From Cuniculiplasma divulgatum (GTDB taxonomy: Archaea; Thermoplasmatota; Thermoplasmata; Thermoplasmatales; Thermoplasmataceae): 32,000 nt of DNA. The position numbers and the translations under genes were made by a program. Below the pieces are notes generated by a model. That model had not been told where the DNA came from. It did not search any database and saw only the letters and a list, made by a program, of their open reading frames with translations. The stretch spans positions 210,001 to 242,000 of the forward strand of contig NZ_LT671858.1 in NCBI RefSeq assembly GCF_900083515.1, written 5' to 3'. This document shows positions 27,352-32,000 of this stretch, piece after piece (within the stretch, counting starts at the first letter, position 1; each line of letters starts with the position of its first letter).

Positions 27352-28029
27352 CTATAAATCCTTTTTTAGAATATCAATAAAATATTCCTCATTTTTTCTT
27401 TCCAGTTTTCTGTAGGATGATTGGAGAATATCTAGAATTGAATTCATTATCTTATCCTTTTCAATTCCAAGGTACCCCATAACTTCAGAATCGAGTCCGC
27501 ACGGTCTTATTTTCATGAAACCTTCAAGGGACGCTTCTCCATAATTTACCGCCAGTCCATGGTACGATACACCCCTATCTATTTTCATTCCAAGGGAGCA
27601 GACTTTTTTGTCACCATTTGGGGAATTAGTGACCCAAATGCCCGGTTCTTCCCCAAGATGTGGTTCATAGCCGAGTTCTGTGAATGAATTCATCACTATC
27701 TTTTCTAGCGTCTGGACGAACAATCTAACATCCTTTCTCTCATTTTCATTAAAAACTCTAACAATTGGATAAATTACCAGCTGTCCAGGCCCATGGTAGG
27801 TTACATCCCCGCCTCTTTCAATGAGTATCGGATTTAGACCCTTATAATTCTCTGGGTTTGCACCCCGGCCTATGGTGTATACTCCAGGAGAATGTTCAAC
27901 AAAAATAAACGTATCTTCTATTAGATCGTTATACCTTAAAAAATGAAGTTTTTTCTGGAAATTCCAGACTTCTTCATACTCTCGTATTCCAAGATCAAGA
28001 AATTGGCTTGAAGTGGAGAGGTTTATCAT
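27352..28029 (-). CDS. lipB: Octanoyl/lipoyl transferase LipB
   Basis: The LipB signature ERGGDVTYHGPGQLVIYPI, the conserved Lys context KKVCSLGMKI, and the catalytic Cys in IRPCGL are all present. The 5' end overlaps the lpdA 3' end by 35 nt. Confidence 0.85.
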   Translation of the reverse strand: MINLSTSSQFLDLGIREYEEVWNFQKKLHFLRYNDLIEDTFIFVEHSPGVYTIGRGANPENYKGLNPILIERGGDVTYHGPGQLVIYPIVRVFNENERKDVRLFVQTLEKIVMNSFTELGYEPHLGEEPGIWVTNSPNGDKKVCSLGMKIDRGVSYHGLAVNYGEASLEGFMKIRPCGLDSEVMGYLGIEKDKIMNSILDILQSSYRKLERKNEEYFIDILKKDL

Positions 28030-29317
28030 ACGCTATCTCAGCCGATTCCTGTATACCTTCAGAGAGTGTTGGGTGAGGGTGAATAGTTGATCCAATATCC
28101 TCTACATTCATACCCGTTTCAACAGCAAGACTGAGCTCACTTATCATCTCGGAAGCACGAGGCGCAGCAATTCCAGCCCCAGTCACAGTACCATCTTCAT
28201 CATAATATATGCTGTAGAATCCATTTGAACTGTTGAGCCCCTGGCTTCTACCATTTGCCGCAAGTGGGTATCTTGTGGATTTCTGTCCTCTACTCCCGGT
28301 AAATGCAATTTCTGGATCTGAATAAACAACCATTGGCATAGCGTAATAATCTACAGTTGTTTTGTCACCTGCGATGTTATGTGCAGCCACCCTACCATCA
28401 TAGAAAGCTCTATGTGCCAGCATCGGTCCTCCTGTGGATACATCACCAACCGCGTATACACCTCTTTCACTTGTCATCTTGTACTTATCTGTCTTTATGA
28501 ATCCATTTTCCATCTCAAGTTTCAGGGTTTCCAGACCGAATCCCTCAGTGTTAGGTTTCCGGCCTACTGTGACGAGAACTGCTTCAGCTGAAATGCTTGC
28601 ACCCGATTCCATCTTGACAAAATATTTATCCTTCTTCTCAACAGATGAAACCTTTGCGGAGAGAAGAATCCTAATACCCATTTCCTTCATCTTCCTCTCT
28701 ACAGGCTTTATGAGCTCTGGATCAATACCTGTAAGAATACTCGGCAGCATTTCAATTAGTGTTACCTGTGCTCCCAGTTTTGCAAAGGCAGTTCCAAGTT
28801 CCACTCCTATGTATCCACCGCCTATAATAACTAGATCCTTTGGAACAGTCTTTATGTCCAGAATCTCCTTGTTATACATCACATCCTTGAAAGCATCTAT
28901 TCTTGTTGGAGATGATCCTGTGGCAATAACAAGGCTGTCGCATTGATGAGTCTCGGAACCAATCTGCACATGCTGCTTATCCACTATTTTGGCATCCCCA
29001 TTAATTATTTTCACTCCGTATGCCCTACAAAGTGTTTCAACACCAGATACAAGTCTGTTTATCATTGACCATTTCCATCCCTGCCACTGGTTCATATCAA
29101 TGTTGTAACTGAGTCTTACACCTGGAAGAGTCTTAAGATAGGATAAGCTCTCTGACATTTCTATAAGTGCCTTGGATGGGATACATCCATAATTCAGACA
29201 TTCTCCACCAACTTTATTTTTCTCAACCAGCAAAACGCTTCTTCCCAACTGACCAAGTCTGATTGCAGTAGAATATCCACCCGGCCCACCGCCAATAATT
29301 ATAGCATCATATTTCAT
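27995..29317 (-). CDS. lpdA: Dihydrolipoamide dehydrogenase (E3)
   Basis: FAD motif IIGGGPGGY, redox disulfide GGECLNYGCIPSK, NAD motif IIGGGYIGVE, and C-terminal HPHPTLSE. Confidence 0.93.
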   Translation of the reverse strand: MKYDAIIIGGGPGGYSTAIRLGQLGRSVLLVEKNKVGGECLNYGCIPSKALIEMSESLSYLKTLPGVRLSYNIDMNQWQGWKWSMINRLVSGVETLCRAYGVKIINGDAKIVDKQHVQIGSETHQCDSLVIATGSSPTRIDAFKDVMYNKEILDIKTVPKDLVIIGGGYIGVELGTAFAKLGAQVTLIEMLPSILTGIDPELIKPVERKMKEMGIRILLSAKVSSVEKKDKYFVKMESGASISAEAVLVTVGRKPNTEGFGLETLKLEMENGFIKTDKYKMTSERGVYAVGDVSTGGPMLAHRAFYDGRVAAHNIAGDKTTVDYYAMPMVVYSDPEIAFTGSRGQKSTRYPLAANGRSQGLNSSNGFYSIYYDEDGTVTGAGIAAPRASEMISELSLAVETGMNVEDIGSTIHPHPTLSEGIQESAEIAYDKPLHFKPIS

Positions 29318-29321
29318 ATGA

Positions 29322-30719
29322 TCACCTTATCAGGAAAGATATGGGGTCCTCCAGATATGATTTTACCTTCACAATAAATCTGGCTGCATCTGCACCATCT
29401 ATAAGTCTATGATCGCATGAAAGTGAGATTATTGTACTGTCATCTCCTGATTCGAAATTAGTTCCTTTCTTTGTAGATCTGTGAACTGCAAGTATAGCAA
29501 CCTCCGGATAATTTATGATCGGTGTTGATATTAATCCACCAATAGACCCAACATTAGATATTGTAAAGGTTGAATCCTGCACGTCCGTTAGGGTTAACTT
29601 ATTTTCTCTAGCCTTCTTTGCAAGATCGGATATCTCAGATGATATCTGGACAACTGATTTATCCAGTGCGTTTTTTACAACAGCTACTGTCAATCCAGAT
29701 GGTGTATCTATTGCAACTCCCATATTAATATCCTTTCTGAATATATATCTCTTATTTGCATCATCATAATGGGCATTAAATTTTGGAAACTCGGTGAGTG
29801 CCACTGCTACAGCTTTCACAAAGAATGGTGTTAGAGTAACTTTTGTCCCTTTTTCTTTCATATCGTTCATGGTTTTTGTAAGTTTTGAAATATCAACAGT
29901 TTCCGCAACCATAAAATGGGGCATGATCTGTTTTGATTTTGACATTTTCTCAAATATCAATCTTCTAAGACCATGAGGTTCGAAGATCTGATCTCCCTCA
30001 GATGTATTCGTGGTCTCTTCCACATGAAGGGCTGGCTCAGGCTCCTTTGGCTGTGGTTGGGGACTCACTTTAGGTTCTTCCTTAATAGGAGTCGGTTCCT
30101 GCATCCTCTGGCTCTGTGCCTCAGCAGCCTTTGGCTGTTCAACCTGCCTGGCAGTTACTGGCGGTACAGGTGCCATCTTTATACCGGAAGTTTTGGGCGC
30201 TCCAGCCTTTTGTTTCATCTCTCTTTCAGCATTATCCAGATCTTCCAGAGTCACCCTTCCATTAGGTCCGGTTGGTGTTATGGTATCCAGATCTATGCCC
30301 CTATCTTTCGCAATCCTCCTTATTGTAGGAGAAGCCAGTATTCTTCTATTCTGATCATCATTCATCACTTTCTTTTCACCTCCCTTCTCTTTATCTGCTT
30401 CGGATACAGATATACTCTCCTGGGGTTCATTCTTAACCACAGACGCAGGTTCAGGTTTCTTTTCTTCAGTCTTTGATCCATCATCAATCTCTATGATGAC
30501 TTCTCCAACTTTAACAACCTGTCCTTCCTTAAAAAGTATTCTATTAACCTTTCCTTCTACTGGACTGGGTACGTTTATATTGACCTTATCAGTCATTATT
30601 TCTACCATATCCTGCTCTTTCTTTACAACGTCGCCTTCTTTGACAATCCACTTTATTATTTCCCCTTCTGTGACACCCTCTCCGATGTCCGGCAAAGTAA
30701 ATTTAAACATTTTTATCAC
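29322..30719 (-). CDS. Dihydrolipoamide acyltransferase (E2) of a 2-oxoacid dehydrogenase complex
   Basis: N-terminal lipoyl domain (VEIMTDKVNINVPSP), a subunit-binding domain (ILASPTIRRIAKDRGIDL), Pro/Glu/Lys-rich linkers, and a catalytic domain with DHRLIDGA. Confidence 0.93.
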   Translation of the reverse strand: MIKMFKFTLPDIGEGVTEGEIIKWIVKEGDVVKKEQDMVEIMTDKVNINVPSPVEGKVNRILFKEGQVVKVGEVIIEIDDGSKTEEKKPEPASVVKNEPQESISVSEADKEKGGEKKVMNDDQNRRILASPTIRRIAKDRGIDLDTITPTGPNGRVTLEDLDNAEREMKQKAGAPKTSGIKMAPVPPVTARQVEQPKAAEAQSQRMQEPTPIKEEPKVSPQPQPKEPEPALHVEETTNTSEGDQIFEPHGLRRLIFEKMSKSKQIMPHFMVAETVDISKLTKTMNDMKEKGTKVTLTPFFVKAVAVALTEFPKFNAHYDDANKRYIFRKDINMGVAIDTPSGLTVAVVKNALDKSVVQISSEISDLAKKARENKLTLTDVQDSTFTISNVGSIGGLISTPIINYPEVAILAVHRSTKKGTNFESGDDSTIISLSCDHRLIDGADAARFIVKVKSYLEDPISFLIR

Positions 30720-31690
30720 CTGTACTGCTGCATTTTATTTACAGCTTTGAGTATCCTCATCTCATTTGGCAAATAATAATCCTCTAATCTGTATGGGAAA
30801 GGTGTGTCAGGACCAGTTACCCTCATTATCGGACCCAGCAGATAATCAATTGCCCTTTCTGCTATAAATGCCGATATTTCCGCTCCCATACCAAGGGTTC
30901 TTGGTGCTTCGTGAACTATAATTACCCTACCAGTTTTCTTGACTGAATTTAGTATTGTTTCACCGTCATATGGAACGAGTGTCCTTAAATCAATAACATC
31001 TGCATCAAGGTTATTTTTGCTTACTGTGTTCATCACTGTAGGAACCATGGAACCATAGGTTATAAATGTAAAGTCATTCCCTTCATGCAAAAGTGATGCT
31101 TTTCCTATGGGAATCTCATATTCTTCGTCTGGAACTTCCTGTTTCTGGCTTCTATAGAGCTTTTTAGGCTCCAGGAATATAACCGGATCATTCATCCTCA
31201 GACTTTTTATCAGCAAACCCTTTGCATCATATGGATTGGATGGAGTTACAACCGTAAGGCCTGCTGTGTGAGCAAAATATGCCTCTCCACTCTGTGAATG
31301 ATAAAGACCACCTTTTATACCTCCACCATATGGTGTCCTCAGAACCATGGGAACATTATATTCACCACCACTCCTGTATCTCATTTTTGCAGCCTGATTC
31401 ACAATCTGATCAAAAGCGGTGTAAATGAAATCCTGAAACTGGATCTCTGGAACTGCTCTCAATCCAGTTAAGGACATGCCTATGGCCATTCCTACAATTC
31501 CAAGTTCAACGAGAGGCATATCAATAACCCTTTCTGCACCATATTTCTTTTGCAGTCCTTCTGTTACTCTGAATACTCCACCATCAACACCAATATCTTC
31601 TCCTAGAAGAATTATGGAAGTATCTCTTGTCATCATATAATCAAGTGTTGAATTAATGGACTGGACAAGGTTCATAGTTTTGGAACTCAT
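30716..31690 (-). CDS. 2-oxoacid dehydrogenase E1 component, beta subunit
   Basis: Transketolase-like pyrimidine-binding pattern (ILLGEDIGVDGGVFRVT..., EIQFQDFIY, HSQSGEAYF). It has 4-nt overlaps with both neighbouring genes. Confidence 0.93.
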   Translation of the reverse strand: MSSKTMNLVQSINSTLDYMMTRDTSIILLGEDIGVDGGVFRVTEGLQKKYGAERVIDMPLVELGIVGMAIGMSLTGLRAVPEIQFQDFIYTAFDQIVNQAAKMRYRSGGEYNVPMVLRTPYGGGIKGGLYHSQSGEAYFAHTAGLTVVTPSNPYDAKGLLIKSLRMNDPVIFLEPKKLYRSQKQEVPDEEYEIPIGKASLLHEGNDFTFITYGSMVPTVMNTVSKNNLDADVIDLRTLVPYDGETILNSVKKTGRVIIVHEAPRTLGMGAEISAFIAERAIDYLLGPIMRVTGPDTPFPYRLEDYYLPNEMRILKAVNKMQQYR

Positions 31691-32000
31691 AGTATCTCAC
31701 CTCTTTCCTCATCAATAATCCAGTTAGAGTTCTCATAAACATCCTGGAACATTGTGTCTGGGGCGGGAGGAGCTATCTTCTCTCTCTCATCAAATATTCT
31801 ATCTATACGTTCTTTTGCGTCTGTCTTTATTTTTTCTATGGTCTGGTCATCTATATAATTAAGCATCTTTAGCTTCCTCTCTGCTATGACTATGGGATCT
31901 TTGTCCGAGCCTTCTTTTACATCATCAGCCCTGTATTTGGAAGGATCATCTGAGGTTGAATGTGGCCCCATTCTGTAACTTACTGCCTCTATAAGAACTG
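31687..32000 (-). CDS. 2-oxoacid dehydrogenase E1 component, alpha subunit, C-terminal part (5' end beyond window)
   Basis: The frame stays open to base 32000. YRMGPHSTSDDPSKYR is the conserved E1alpha motif. The ORF-track Met at 31971 is internal. Confidence 0.9.
   Translation of the reverse strand, partial: VLIEAVSYRMGPHSTSDDPSKYRADDVKEGSDKDPIVIAERKLKMLNYIDDQTIEKIKTDAKERIDRIFDEREKIAPPAPDTMFQDVYENSNWIIDEERGEIL

Noticed and set aside
28434-30476. Long plus-strand ORFs of 170 aa (28434-28946) and 167 aa (29973-30476), antisense to lpdA and E2
   Set aside because: These are shadow ORFs opposite strongly supported genes. Their translations are low-complexity S/L/F/R-rich with no motifs, and there are no promoter or SD signals.

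Overview
AT-rich archaeal chromosomal segment. The 16S rRNA sequence (1763-3232) and its layout (no tRNA-Ala or 23S downstream) point to a Thermoplasmata/Thermoplasmatales-type euryarchaeon. Almost all of the window is tightly packed core housekeeping genes. In order these are: a 5'-truncated APC permease; an orphan 16S rRNA gene flanked by a canonical bulge-helix-bulge processing stem; a secE / long spt5(nusG) / unknown 469-aa / PUA operon; peroxiredoxin Bcp; the archaeal HMG-CoA synthase / thiolase / DUF35 mevalonate-entry module; a small winged-helix protein; a DUF373-like membrane protein coupled to MptE; a ComB-family phosphatase; rpl11 and rpl1-rplP0-rpl12; small membrane proteins; pyroglutamyl peptidase; a split formiminotransferase/cyclodeaminase pair; threonine dehydratase; a DRG-type GTPase; purA; an APH-like kinase; icd; a divergent ALDH-like protein; a DsrE-like protein; and a 2-oxoacid dehydrogenase operon (E1alpha partial, E1beta, E2, E3) with lipB appended. 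I found no CRISPR array, transposase or integrase, tRNA gene, toxin-antitoxin pair or recognisable defence module, so I cannot honestly nominate a clear-cut new 'system'. The items most worth follow-up are: (i) a ~130-aa beta-rich N-terminal extension on Spt5/NusG; (ii) the uncharacterised 469-aa ORF translationally coupled between spt5 and a Tma20-like PUA protein; (iii) an intact ALDH-fold ORF that appears to lack the nucleophilic cysteine; (iv) lipB fused to the OADHC operon in an archaeon; (v) the textbook BHB motif around the unlinked 16S gene. All functional calls come from reading motifs in the supplied translations. No database search was run.
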